Part shown: positions 35,420-47,816 of the stretch, piece by piece
Numbering within the stretch: position 1 is the first letter of the stretch
Layout of the letters: the number at the start of each line of letters is the position of its first letter
Assembly (NCBI GenBank): GCA_951804945.1
Contig: OX638161.1
Span: forward strand, 32,240,001 to 32,304,000
Length of the DNA: 64,000 bases
Direction: 5' to 3'
From: Podarcis cretensis
Taxonomy: Eukaryota
Made by a program: the position numbers and the translations under genes
Notes under the pieces: generated by a model
What the model was told of the DNA's origin: nothing
Seen by the model: only the letters and a program-made list of their open reading frames with translations
The model's database searches: none

Positions 35420-36398
35420 AAAAAAAATGTATCTACTATGAGTATTGAGTTGGGACAGTGGTCCTACACTAGGATTTAAAATGGGGGCAGTGGTTTTACT
35501 GCAGTGCTACCATATAGTTCAACCCAGTCCATTTTATTTTTATGAATGTGTTCCACACAGCTAACACAAATAATACATGATAAAACAAGTCATTATTTTA
35601 TCAGTAACTGTTCTTAATTAATATATATTCTTGGTTCCTGTTTTATTTGTAACATAGGCAACCATCCAGCTCTGTAGTCCTATTGTTTCTCAATCAGCTG
35701 TTTATATAGTGAAAATTTTCATTGAATCTTGCTTTTTGTATGATATGTATTGACACTGACTCATAAATGATTGCAGTGAGGATGTATTTTGTTGTTTTCC
35801 TGGAGTGGTGCTTCTTGGAATGCATTATGTCACAATCCAATATGCATCTACTCTGAAGTCAGTTCCATTCAGTTCAATGGTTAATAGTCCCAGGTAACTG
35901 TCCATAAGAGTGCAGTCTTAATGTAAGAAAAGAGCATGTCACAAAGTGTGTTTACATTGTTTACCAAGATGTTATAAAGGTGCATTACCTTTTCCAGAAA
36001 CAAATCAGCAAAATATTATAAAATTATTTAATTAGTTGAAGTGTGACTTCCTACAAGGTTGCAGAAATTTCTGAAATTTTATGTTGTCCCCTAAAATGGC
36101 TGGAATTGTCAATGAAGGTTAATATTCACCAAATTGCAGATGTCCATCACACCATTGCATTTGTCAACACATTTCACCAACAGCAAAGCTTTCCCCATAA
36201 ACTGAATGGAAGTGGTTGGTCATAGAATTTTTCTACAGATATGCTCTAATGTCTCTACAGAGATAATGTGTGCACTCTAGCTGGTGAATTGAACACATTA
36301 TTATTATATTACTTTATCAAAAGATCTCAGGACCAGGGATTGCACTAAGAACACATTTTATGGAGCATCAATAATAAAAACATAATAAAAAGCATAAT

Positions 36399-36771
36399 GA
36401 AGGCATGCGGGTGGCGCTGTGGTATAAACCACTGAGCCTAGGGCTTGCCAAACCGAAGGTTGGCGGTTCGAATCCCCGCGACAGTGTGTTCTCTCTTTGT
36501 TCGGTCCCAGCTCCTGCCAACCTAGCAGTTTGAATGCACGCCAAAGTGCAAGTAGATAAATAGGTACTGCTCTGGCAGAAAGGTAAATGGTGTTTCCATG
36601 CATTGCTCTGGTTTTTCCAGAAGCAGCTTAGTCATGCTGGCCACATGACCCAGAAAAACTGTCTACACACAAACGTTGGCTCCCTCGGCGAGTAAAGCAA
36701 GATGAGCGCTGCAACCCCAGAGTCGTTCACAACTGGACTTAACTGTCAGGGGTCCTTTACCTTTACCTTTT
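36399..36771 (+). mobile_element. Sauria SINE, full length
   Basis: Pol III A/B boxes, (ACCTTT)n tail, TSD TAAAAAGCATAAT at 36386-36398 and 36772-36784. Confidence 0.93.
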
Positions 36772-37461
36772 TAAAAAGCATAATAACAGGCAGCATAATA
36801 CTAAGATAATCATATTAACACATGACTGAATAGAGTTAATGATTTCAAATTTCTATCTAAGCACTGAACCAAGCAGCTGTTAATTGCAGGTGTGGAAGGG
36901 AATGATTTTCATTAGGACTGCAACACACAGGGAAGAGAGGGTTAACGTCTTTCATCAAATGTCAAGGTCCTGATAAAAATCACTCCCTTCAATTTGCCAT
37001 TGGACCTGGAAGGAATGTTTCCATTGGCATCAATGAGAATGTTCCTTTATAAGCCAAAAGCAACTTGGGGAAGGGAAACACTTTTTGGTAGGAATGTGTG
37101 GGTGGGAAAGGAGTTAAAACTCCCCTCCCCAAATGTAGCAGACCTCACATCTGCCATGCTACTAATGATTCCTAATACATACACACATCACAACTAGTTT
37201 GGCCCTAAGAGTCATGTTCTGTTCTTCAAAATAAGTGTCAGTGGTGATGCTCCAACTTTTGCCCCATGACTACTTTTTTTAGTGGGAGAAATGAAGTTTG
37301 AGAACTGCATGTAAAAAAAATCAAATAACTGCACATTTTGAATGACGGCTTTCTTTAATTCCAGACTTTGGTTTGAAAAGTGTGACCTGGGTAGTTTCTC
37401 AGTAAAAAAAAATATTTTAATCTCCATCTCTAATTGTGATGAAGTGAAGAGTGTTGACATG

Positions 37462-37462
<1 letters not shown>

Positions 37463-37505
<43 letters not shown>
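37463..37505. repeat. (ATT)n microsatellite
   Basis: Direct. Confidence 0.95.
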
Positions 37506-37579
37506 GAAATTTGATTGGATAAATTATGTTAGTTTCACTTTGGTCCCATTGATACCAATGTGAAAAATCAGGGTGCCAC

Positions 37580-38569
37580 TTAAATCCGCACACAGAGAAG
37601 AAAACTAAATAATATATTATTGGAAGTGGTCCTTAGTCTTAACAAATTAGACAAAGCAGCCTTGATCTCTTTATTTCTCATGCTGTAAATCAGTGGGTTC
37701 AGCAAAGGTGGGACCATGGAATATATCACTGTAAAAATTAAATCTAAATGTGTTGCTGTATTAGTCATGGGACTCAAATAGGAAAACAAGCCTGTGACCA
37801 TAAATGTGGAGAATACCATGAGATGTGGAAGGCAGGTAGAGAAGGCCTTTTGTCTTCCCTGTGTAGATGTCATCCTTAACACCGCACTAAAAATCTGTAC
37901 ATATGTCACAAGAACAAATATAAAACAGCCTAACCCAATGAGAGAAAACAAGAGGAGAACTCCAGTTTCAATCTGATTTTTCTTAGAACAGGAAAGCTTT
38001 ACTAACTGTGGGATTTCACAGAAAAACTGATTGACAACATTGGAGCAGAAAGGAGTTGCAAAAGTGCTGACAGTGTGCAAACCTGCATAAAGAAACCCAG
38101 TGATCCATACAGTAAGGATCATTTCAGTGCAGGCTCTCCTGTTCATCACCACCTGGTATTGCAGTGGATTACAGATAGCAACATACCGATCATAGGCCAT
38201 GACTATGAGGAGGAAAAAATCAGTAGATAAGAAGAAGGTGAAAAATAGGGCTTGACCAACACATCCGGAATAAGAAATGTGTCTAGTATTCATGAGGGAA
38301 TTGGCCATGGATTGAGGGATGATGACTGAAACCTGGCCCAGGTCCTGCATGGCCAAGTTCAACAGGAAGATATACATTGGGGTGTGCAGGTGGTGGTCAA
38401 AGGCTACTGCAGAGATTATTAAAAGATTCCCTGTTACAGTTGCCAAATACAATACCAGGAACAGGATGCTGTGTAGACTTTGTAATTTCTGAACTTTTGA
38501 GAATTCCAGAAGCAGAAACTCTGAAACAGTAGTTTGGTTAGCTATGTCTTGATCCTTGCTAACATCCAT
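37580..38569 (-). CDS. Olfactory receptor, OR14-like, intact
   Basis: LHTPMY, MAYDRYVAIC, KAFSTC, PLLNPLIYSMRN; acceptor ttttacag just upstream of 38574 puts the start at ATG 38569. Confidence 0.96.
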   Translation of the reverse strand: MDVSKDQDIANQTTVSEFLLLEFSKVQKLQSLHSILFLVLYLATVTGNLLIISAVAFDHHLHTPMYIFLLNLAMQDLGQVSVIIPQSMANSLMNTRHISYSGCVGQALFFTFFLSTDFFLLIVMAYDRYVAICNPLQYQVVMNRRACTEMILTVWITGFLYAGLHTVSTFATPFCSNVVNQFFCEIPQLVKLSCSKKNQIETGVLLLFSLIGLGCFIFVLVTYVQIFSAVLRMTSTQGRQKAFSTCLPHLMVFSTFMVTGLFSYLSPMTNTATHLDLIFTVIYSMVPPLLNPLIYSMRNKEIKAALSNLLRLRTTSNNILFSFLLCVRI

Positions 38570-38689
38570 GCTATCTGTAAAAAGAATCACAAGTGGTATC
38601 TCTTAATTTCAACAGAATATTGTAATAATATAATGCTGTCTAAGAAGTGCTATTAGAGACAAATAAAACAGAACTAAAAATAGTTGTGG

Positions 38690-39296
38690 CTAATCATTGA
38701 GGCTAACTGAACCTCCAGTGACAATGAAGCACGTCCAAACTATAGACCTCCCCCTTCCAGAACAGGCAATTCCCCAATCTCCTAGACTTGAGAACTCAGA
38801 GCACATATCACCTCTGTCTTTTCAAGATTCAGCTTCAATTTATTGGCCCACATCCAGCCCATCACTGTCTCCAAGCACCAGTATAGCGCCTGAACCACAT
38901 CTCCTGTTTTAGATGGAACAAAGTGATAAACCCAAGTGTCATCCACATACTAATGGCACAAAATTTCCTAATTATGGCTCCCAGCAGTGTCATTTGTGTC
39001 CAATAAGGTCATAATGAGATTTTCTTCACTTACATTTGATCTACCTTGCAACTACCTACCTATACCTCTGCTCAAATGTAAACCAAGGAGCTACAAGAAT
39101 TCTGCCCATTGGAAAAGGCTTTTGTTATTTCTCGGTTCCATAGATCAACTATGGCTTTGGAAGGAGCAGCTATCGTTCCCATAAACCTTCAGAAATTCAC
39201 CAGAAACCACTACAAATGGGGGTGCACATTTTAATAGCCCCCCCTTTCCAAGGGAAAGAGCTACTAAATTGTTTAATCTCAACAGGAAAAGACATG
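38690..39296 (-). mobile_element. L2 LINE relic, downstream part (RT)
   Basis: Minus strand CH*YVDDT and CLETVMGWMWANKLKLNLEKTEV. Confidence 0.75.
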
Positions 39297-42026
39297 ATGG
39301 AGGGATACAATCTATTAATGGAGGGATACAATCTATTTCAGAGAAACAGACCAGACAAGAAAGGAGGAGGAGTGGCGTTATATGTCAGGGATGTGTATAC
39401 CTGTGAAGAGATCCAAGATTTAGAACCTCAAAGCCAAAGTGAGAGCATTTGGGTCAAAATTAAGGGAGAGAAGAATAACAGTGACCTCATTGTGGGAGTT
39501 TACTATAGATCCCCAAGCCAAACGGAGGACATAGATGATGCCTTCCTGAAACAGATGGCCAAGCATGCAAAAGGAAGGGAGATAGTAGTATTGGGGGACT
39601 TCAATTACCCGGATATTTGTTGGATGTCAAACTCAGCCAAGAGCATAAGGTCAAACAGATTCCTCACTGGCCTTGCAGACAACTTCATTGTCCAGAAAGT
39701 GGGAGAAGCAACAAGAGGAACAGCCATTTTAGATCTGGTCCTAACCAATGCTGATGACCTGGTTAGTGGGGTAGAAGTGGAAGGATCATTAGGCGCGAGT
39801 GATCATGTTCTTCTGAAGTTTACTATATAGCGGAAAGGAGCAGCCAAGCATACTAGGACTCAATTTCTTGACTTTAAGAAAGCCGTCTTCATAAAACTTA
39901 GGGAAGTGCTGGGTGAGATCCCATGGACAGTAATACTAAAAGGAAAGGGAGTTCATGATGGCTGGGAGTTTGTTAAGAGGGAGATAGTAAAAGCACAACT
40001 TCAGGCAATACCAATGAGACGGAAACATGGAAGGTGCCTAAAGAAGCCAGGGTGGCTATCTAAAGAACTTTTAACTGAGTTAAGATTAAAAAAGGATGTG
40101 TACAAAAAATGGAAAAGGGGGGAAACCACCAAAGAGGAATTCAAACAAATAGCCAGCACATGTAGACACAAAGTCAGAAAAGCTAAAGCACAGAATGAAC
40201 TCAGGCTTGCTAGAGAGGTTAAAAGCAACAAAAAAGGCTTTTATGGATATGTTTGTAGCAAAAGGAAGAACAAAGAAACAGTGGGGTCACTCAGAGGAGA
40301 AGATGGTGAAATGCAAACAGGGGACACAGAAAGGGCTGAACTCCTCAATGCCTTCTTTGCCTCAGTCTTCTCTGATAAAGAAAACAATGCCCGACCTGAA
40401 GAATTTGGAGCAAATGATTCAGCAGAGGAAACACAGCCCAGAATAACTAAGGAGATAGTACAAGAATACTTGGCTAGTTTAGATGTATTCAAGTCTCCAG
40501 GGCCAGATGAACTGCATCCAAGAGTATTAAAAGAACTGGCAGATGTGATCTCAGAACCACTGGCAGTCATCTTTGAGAATTCCTGGAGAACAGGCGAAGT
40601 CCCGGCAGACTGGAGGAGGGCAAATGTTGTCCCTATTTTCAAAAAGGGGAAAAGAGAGGACCCAAATAATTACCGCCCAGTCAGTCTGACATCAATGCCA
40701 GGGAAGATTCTGGAGCAGATCATTAAGCAAATAGTCTGTGAGCACCTAGAAAGGAATGCTGTGATCACCAATAGTCAGCATGGATTTCTGAAAAATAAGT
40801 CACGTCAGACTAACCTGATCTCGTTTTTTGACAGAATTACAAGCCTGGTAGATGAAGGGAACGCAGTGGATGTAGCCTACCTTGATTTCAGCAAGGCATT
40901 GACAAGGTGCCCCATGATATTCTTGTAAAGAAGCTGGTAAAATGTGGTCTTGACTATGCTACTACTCAGTGGATTTGTAACTGGCTGACTGACCGAACCC
41001 AAAGGGTGCTCATCAATGGTTCCTCTTCATCCTGGAGAAGAGTGACTAGTGGGGTGCCACAGGGTTCTGTCTTGGGCCCGGTCTTATTCAACATCTTTAT
41101 CAACGACTTGGATGATGGACTCAAGGGCATCCTGATCAAATTTGCAGATGACACCAAACTGGGAGGGGTGGCTAACACCCCAGAGGACAGGATCACACTT
41201 CAAAACGACCTTGACAGATTAGAGAACTGGGCCAAAATGAACAAGATGAACTTTAACAGGGAGAAATGTAAAGTATTGCACTTGGGCAAAAAAAAAATGA
41301 GAGGCACAAATACAAGATGGGTGACACCTGGCTTGAGAGCAGTACATGTGAAAAGGATCTAGGAGTCTTGGTTGACCACAAACTTGACATGAGCCAACAG
41401 TGTGATGCAGCAGCTAAAAAAGCCAATGCAATTCTGGGCTGCATCAATAGGAGTATAGCATCTAGATCAAGGGAAGTAATAGTGCCACTGTATTCTGCTC
41501 TGGTCAGACCTCACCTGGAGTACTGTGTCCAGTTCTGGGCACCACAGTTCAAGAAGGACACTGACAAACTGGAACGTGTCCAGAGGAGGGCAACCAAAAT
41601 GGTCAAAGGCCTGGAAACGATGCCTTATGAGGAACGGCTAAGGGAGCTGGGCATGTTTAGCCTATAGAAGAGGAGGTTAAGGGGTGATATGATAGCCATG
41701 TTCAAATATATAAAAGGATGTCACTTAGAGGAGGGAGAAAGGTTGTTTTCTGCTGCTCCAGAGAAGCGGACACGGAGCAATGGTTCCAAACTACAAGAAA
41801 GAAGATTCCACCTAAACATTAGGAAGAACTTCCTGACAGTAAGAGCTGTTCGACAGTGGAATTTGCTGCCAAGGAGTGTGGTGGAGTCTCCTTCTTTGGA
41901 GGTCTTTAAGCAGAGGCTTGACAACCATATGTCAGGAGTGCTCTGATGGTGTTTCCTGCTTGGCAGGGGGTTGGACTCGATGGCCCTTGTGGTCTCTTCC
42001 AACTCTATGATTCTATGATTCTATGA
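39297..42026 (+). mobile_element. CR1 LINE, 5'-truncated, most of ORF2 (APE endonuclease + RT), young but inactivated
   Basis: [30 protein letters not shown]; stops at 39828 and 41665, frameshifts ~40900 and ~41297; (ATTCTATG)n tail. Confidence 0.97.
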
Positions 42027-42320
42027 CCATGATAAGGGTTAAGATGTTTCAGATCATTGCCCTCCCGCATGGCTGTCAGGACCAAATGCAGAATATGTCC
42101 TGATGCATGTGATATAGTAATGACATATTGGAACAGCCCCATAGCTGCCATAGTGGCCATGAAGCCCTGAACCAGCACAAACAAGCTAGTCTTTTGATGG
42201 GCATTGAATTCCCCCAGCACAATCATCCTGGAGGTCTCCAACTCCAACTCCGAGACCACTTCCATTAACTCAAGTAGACAAATTGCTGGTTGACTGCCAC
42301 TGGTTCTTTCCACCCAGGTG
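42027..42320 (-). mobile_element. L2 LINE relic, endonuclease part
   Basis: IVLGEFNAH...QGFMATMAAMGL.Q...H.SGHIL.LV...PLSWS. Confidence 0.75.
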
Positions 42321-42750
42321 GGCAGGGTATAATTATCATCGCCAACAACATCATCATCATCATCATCTTCATAACATGCCTAAAACAAGAGCTGAACACA
42401 GTCAAAGTCAATTTGTCTCCCCCAAAACGGTGAAACCTCTAAGACCCCTTAGATTTATGCTGTTAACCCCACACAGCCTCTATTTGCACGCCAAATGATT
42501 ATTTGTATCTCCCCCCAGTTGAAAATCAGCACTTCCCATCCTCCACAGCAAGTCATTTCTGAGGGGGGAAATATCTGAGGAAAACTACATTGGCAAAAAA
42601 TACTTTATATTTGTGGTCAAAGAAAGGAGATAGTTAAACAGTTAAAGAAAAGTGAGGAAATAAGGCATAAAAGTTCTGGACATGATGAAACTGTTTCTTG
42701 CAGCTGAATGGCATACAATGGTTAGCTATGTATGCTTACTTTGTAGGTAA

Positions 42751-43430
42751 GGATTTATCCACACTTAACTTTCCTGCGCGGGACGCAGGTGGCGCTGTGG
42801 GTTAAAGCCTCAGCGCCTAGGACTTGCCGATCGAAAGGTCGGCGGTTCGAATCCCTGCGGCGGGGTGCGCTCCCGCTGCTCAGTCCCAGCGCCTGCCAAC
42901 CTAGCAGTTCGAAAGCACCTCCGGGTGCAAGTAGATAAATAGGGACCGCTTACCAGCGGGAAGGTAAACGGCGTTTCCGTGTGCGGCTCTGGCTCGCCAG
43001 AGCAGCGATGTCACGCTGGCCACGTGACCCGGAAGTGTCTCCGGACAGCGCTGGCCCCTGGCCTCTTAAGTGAGATGGGCGCACAACCCCAGAGTCTGTC
43101 AAGACTGGCCCGTACGGGCAGGGGTACCTTTACCTTTACCTTTAACTTTCCTCCAGTCTTTCCAGGCACAATCTGCACTTTAAAGCTCTGAGCATTCTTT
43201 TTTTTTTCCCCTCAGGAGTATTCCCCATGTAAACTTGTTCTGTAAAGCTAAGTAGCAGCAAACAGCAATCCATGGAAAAGCCAAATTGCCATTTGTTGCA
43301 CTTCAGCTTTAAAGAGTAGATTTTCATGGGCAAAGCTCAGGGGCGAAAGAGAGAGTGCTTGGACATGGAGCTTTAAAGTGTTGGCTTGTTCCTGAAAAGA
43401 GTAGGGCAAAATGTAAGTGTGGATAAGTTC
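42751..43430. mobile_element. PIF/Harbinger-like MITE with nested SINE
   Basis: TIR ggatttatccacactta / taagtgtggataagttc, TAA on both sides. Confidence 0.8.
42776..43141 (+). mobile_element. Sauria SINE, young, full length
   Basis: CpG-rich, A/B boxes, (ACCTTT)3 tail, TSD TTAACTTTCCT at 42765-42775 and 43142-43152. Confidence 0.95.
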
Positions 43431-44160
43431 TAAGTTCCAGCTAATTGTGCATGAGACTACAACAGAACCAAAATGGGAAAGGTCTGTTCCATGGAAACCA
43501 GATACGTTGAAAATTAATGATTTTTCAGGCTTTACATATGATAAGCATCCTAGCATCAAAGCACTAGAAAAGCAATTAATGTACACAGTCATATTGTATT
43601 TACAAAAGTTGCATAAACTCTAATTAATACTCAGAAATTTCACTAGCCGTGTAAAAAACATTTTGATTTCCCATTACATTCCTTATAAATTTTGCCTGAG
43701 GAGAATCCTTGAATTTATTTTGAATGCTATGCTTGCAAAATGCACAAACAAGCAATTTGTCTATGGAATTCTACTAAGACATGTTGGAAATCTTAAGGAA
43801 ACCAATTTAATCTTCCCCACTGTTCCCCACTAAGTTTTTTTTTTTAAAAAAATAATTATCTAGAGGAATCCCCAGATTCACTGAGAACATAAATCTAGTT
43901 TGGAATTTTGAAGGCAGCTTTTGTTTTGTTCCTTGTGGTCCTACATTGTATAATACATTGTTTTTTTCAGTAAAAGATTTCACATTTTTCGTGAAGAATA
44001 AAATACCAAAAATATTCCAGTGTCCAGAAAGAAGGGTGTGTGTGGACAGATTCAATGCAGTATTTTCCTAAATAGAAACTTTAGAGAATATATATGTGAG
44101 ATCAATTAAGTAACTCCTATGGTGTTAAGTAATATTTTAACTATATAAATTAATTTTTTT

Positions 44161-44345
44161 TCTCTTACCTTCAAAAGCACTTTCTCTTCTATTGACTTCA
44201 GCTAACTGTATTTGGATAGTCATTCATGAAAATATATGAAAATCAATCAGGCTTTGATGCCAGTAATCACCTCTTCAACATGGGGAGGAGATTGTACTAA
44301 TATCTGTTTTGTGTTCCTAGAGATTTGCTCCCTGGAGTTCACCAG
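44161..44345 (-). promoter_or_regulatory. Promoter and non-coding exon 1 of OR 37580-38569
   Basis: Tandem O/E-like sites 44314-44337; donor GTAAGA at 44168; homologous to 55351-55535. Confidence 0.65.
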
Positions 44346-44433
44346 AGACTAGCAATAGAGACATTCAGGAAATGTATTCAACTTATTATTTGATTCAACA
44401 TTTTTTTGAAAAAATGGAGGACAGAAGGTACAT

Positions 44434-44581
44434 AAAGGTAAAGGTAAAGGGACCCCTGACCATTAGGTCCAGTCGTGACCAACTCTGGGGTTGTGGCGCT
44501 CATCTCGCTTTATTGGCCAAGGGAGCCGGCGTACAGCTTCCAGGTCATGTGGCCAGCATGACTAAGCCGCTTCTGGCGAAC
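44434..44581 (-). mobile_element. Sauria SINE, 5'-truncated
   Basis: Tail plus 3' body only. Confidence 0.88.
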
Positions 44582-47079
44582 AAGAAGATATATGCCTATT
44601 AGCTAATTTCAGTTTGCTAATATTTCTGCCTGTGTTTGTATGCATTTGCAGGCATTCCTCAGCAGACCTCTAATTTCCCCATCCTACCATCCTGCCCCAT
44701 TGACTGCTGCTGAGCAATCTTTCAGCAATGGGTGGAATCAGAAATGGCCACTCACCCAGTCCCAGCAGCATATTTTTGTAAAGAGGTGACCCACCACAGT
44801 GCAGGTTGTGGCAGGAACTGTCAAAATATATTAGCCCTCTCCACAGCACCCCCCCATACCATCTGCCCCATGGCTTCAATATGGGAGCCATCAGGATGAC
44901 CTGCTCTGTGTCTGCCTGGGAACCACTGCCCTGTGCTGCCTTGGATCCAGTCCAGAATAAGCTCAGCTTGGGGCCAATGTTTAATTAGGGGTTTAAAACC
45001 CTATTTATCTATATACATTCAGGAGATGGGTGAAGGAAAGTGAACTTGTATCTCCTTTGCTCCTTCTACCCAAGACAATGTTGCCAACCCCAACCAGGAC
45101 TGACCCCTCTACTAGTCACAACTGTGGTGAAGGTGTTGGTTTTCACACTGTACATATGGATGCCAGAAGGAGGGGCTATGCAGCAAATGTGATGCCAGTC
45201 CTGGAGTGCAACTCCACTCCCCAACTATGTGTTGAAAGGACGAGGATGTCTAGGGGATTGGGAACCTTCTTCAGTCAAGGACCACATTACATCCTGGACC
45301 AGGACCAGGTACCACTGCTGGACAGTGCCAGAGATAAAACTAGATGCAGGGATAAATGTGAATTTTACATTTGCAAAGAAGGCTAGATTCTATACACTCA
45401 CACTACCCTCTCTATCCTCCATCCTGACAAGTGAGAGGCATTAACAGAGCTCAAGGACACATTTCAGTCAGGCAAAACAATTCAGGAAGGTGTGAAGCAG
45501 GCATGGGGAGATTGTGTGACTGGTGAAGATTTGTAGCCTGTGGAGTTTCCCAAGAGCCATGTAGAAGAGTCTAAGGGGTTGCATTTGACTCCCACAACTG
45601 AGGATCTAAAGCAGGGCAGTCCAGCCTTTCAAACCAAGTGGGACACAAGAGTTGATACCGAAACCACAGACCACACACTGAATTAAATTTTCATGTCATT
45701 AATTAAAGTGTTCACAATAGAGTTAATACTATTTAATATATGCCACACACAATTTAATGGTTTAATGTATTTATTCATTTATTAAATAAATTTAATCTGC
45801 ATACTCAGGGTGACTCCCTTACCAATAGATAGATGCAAAACACAAAAATGTGGGAGAATCCAGGATCAGTGTGTGTGAGAGAGAATCCAACCCCTGAAAG
45901 ATCTGAGCATATGGAACAGGAGTCAAAGTAACCACAAAACAATTACCACCACATTCCATCCCTCTCATGCAGTTGCACTCCTGCCTATCCCTCTCCCTGT
46001 CCTGCTGGGGGTGAAGAGAAGAGGCAGAAAGTCACAAATCCAAGGACCCCTTTCCTTATTGATACATGTGTGTGTGCTTTGGGTGTGAGAGACATTAGAG
46101 GTGGGTATCTAAAAAAAATCCCCCCTTGCTAATCTATAAACAAGAGCCCATGTTTGCTCTTCCCACCAGACAGTTATTTTCTGCACAGCTAAGATCTACC
46201 TAGCCTGATCGCCCCAAATTGTCATTCCTCGCCAGCCCACTGATTCCCCCTTTTCTAGCCCCCAGCCAGGTCATTGACCTGTGTGAACAGGAGGCAATGA
46301 GCAGCCCCTCCAACTTACCAGAAGCAGCACTCTGGGGACTTGGGGGCAGCTCTCACCTAGCTCTCTGCTTGCTCCTTCATGACACTGGTGGGTGGGGGGC
46401 AGCACCAGATTTAGAGCAGTGCTACCAGTTCACCCACACAGGATGCCCTGCCTAGGACTCCCAAAAACGGCCTTGTAGGCTACATGTTGGGACACCCCAA
46501 TCTTGGTATAAAATCCCCCATCTTCATTTGGAGTACTAATGCACGTTGCACTGTTTTATCTCTTCATATATTTTGATTATGGCAAGCTTATTCTAGTCAC
46601 ACTTTCCCACTTCTTTATTAAGGCTATAGATAAAACATTTCACCTCATTTTTTAAAGGAATGAAACACAATAGAAAACACCTTTGAGTGTGTTGCACCTG
46701 CTCTTTCCCAATGACCTTTTGTCTCTCCAGTCTTCCCATTCCTCCACTTCTGGCTCCAATCCCACATCTGCAAAATGGAGACTGCATGTCAAAAGAAGTG
46801 CTGGGATGTGAAATCATAACACAAGAGGGAATTTGTGGCCACCCAAGGGTCATTCTGAATGCTGATTGCCATATGTGCAAGTTGTGACATAAAAAGAAAA
46901 CAAAAAACATAACATCCCTATAATGACAACAATGAGTTAAAAACAAGTGAATCGGTGAAAATTTACAACACCTGCAAGAATGGGTACATAGGTAAGCTCC
47001 CATGAATGAAATTACTTTTTATCTATTGGCTTACATTTCCACAGCAAGAATTTATAACTAATACAAATGTTGAGGAATA

Positions 47080-47315
47080 CAGTGGTACCTTGGTTTACGG
47101 GCTTAATCCGTTCTGAAAGTGTTTTCTTAAACCAAGGTATGCTTTCCAATAGCAGTGGCAGACTCAATTTACAAATGGAACACACTCAACAGGAAGCAGA
47201 ACATGTTCTTCTTCCAAGGCAAAGTTCACAAACCAAAACACCTACTTCTGGATTTGCAGCATTCTTAATCCAAGTTATTCATAAATTAAGCTGTTCTTAA
47301 ACCAAGGTACCACTG
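47080..47315. mobile_element. Tc1/mariner (Tigger-like) MITE
   Basis: TIR CAGTGGTACCTTGGTTTA / TAAACCAAGGTACCACTG with TA flanks. Confidence 0.92.
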
Positions 47316-47816
47316 TATAAGCTTTTAAGGAGAACATTGTTATGAATTTTAACATGTGATAATTTACCAGTCAACTGGCAGTCAACACAATCATCTATAT
47401 TAAATAAGCTTTCGATCCTCCTGATTTCAATGGGAAAGATTAAATCTGCAGTCCGATACACAATAGCCAAAAACTCTAAATGTATTCAAAGAGGTTTATT
47501 TCTGAGTATATATTCAATTATATTCAATTATATAAATGCTAGCAGTGAGCTAGTTACATTTGCCCATTTGGGGAGTTTATTCACTCTAAAGAAGGCTTGG
47601 CTTGTATATTGGTCCTCCAATTTCTGTCTGCCTCTGCTAGCATGGGTAATGGGTAGGGAGGATCAAAGCTTTAGTACAACATCAGTCTAAAGCCCTATAT
47701 GGCTACAATCTTTACCTGAGAGTAATTCCTATTGAGTTCAGTGTTGCCTACTTCTGAGTAAACAAACATATGAATGGAAATTTTGGGCAAGGCATATAGA
47801 CAACAGAAACTGTTTT

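Noticed and set aside
38570-38590. N-terminal extensions in the ORF track for ORs at 38590 and 48824
   Set aside because: Both starts lie upstream of polypyrimidine-AG acceptors, so they are intronic.
39216-41946. Active CR1 or host RT gene
   Set aside because: 5'-truncated, with two stops and two frameshifts.
42776-42870. tRNA gene
   Set aside because: A/B boxes belong to the Sauria SINE head; no complete cloverleaf evident.
45250-46500. hAT-like MITE remnants
   Set aside because: Termini too decayed to define TIRs or an 8-bp TSD by eye.
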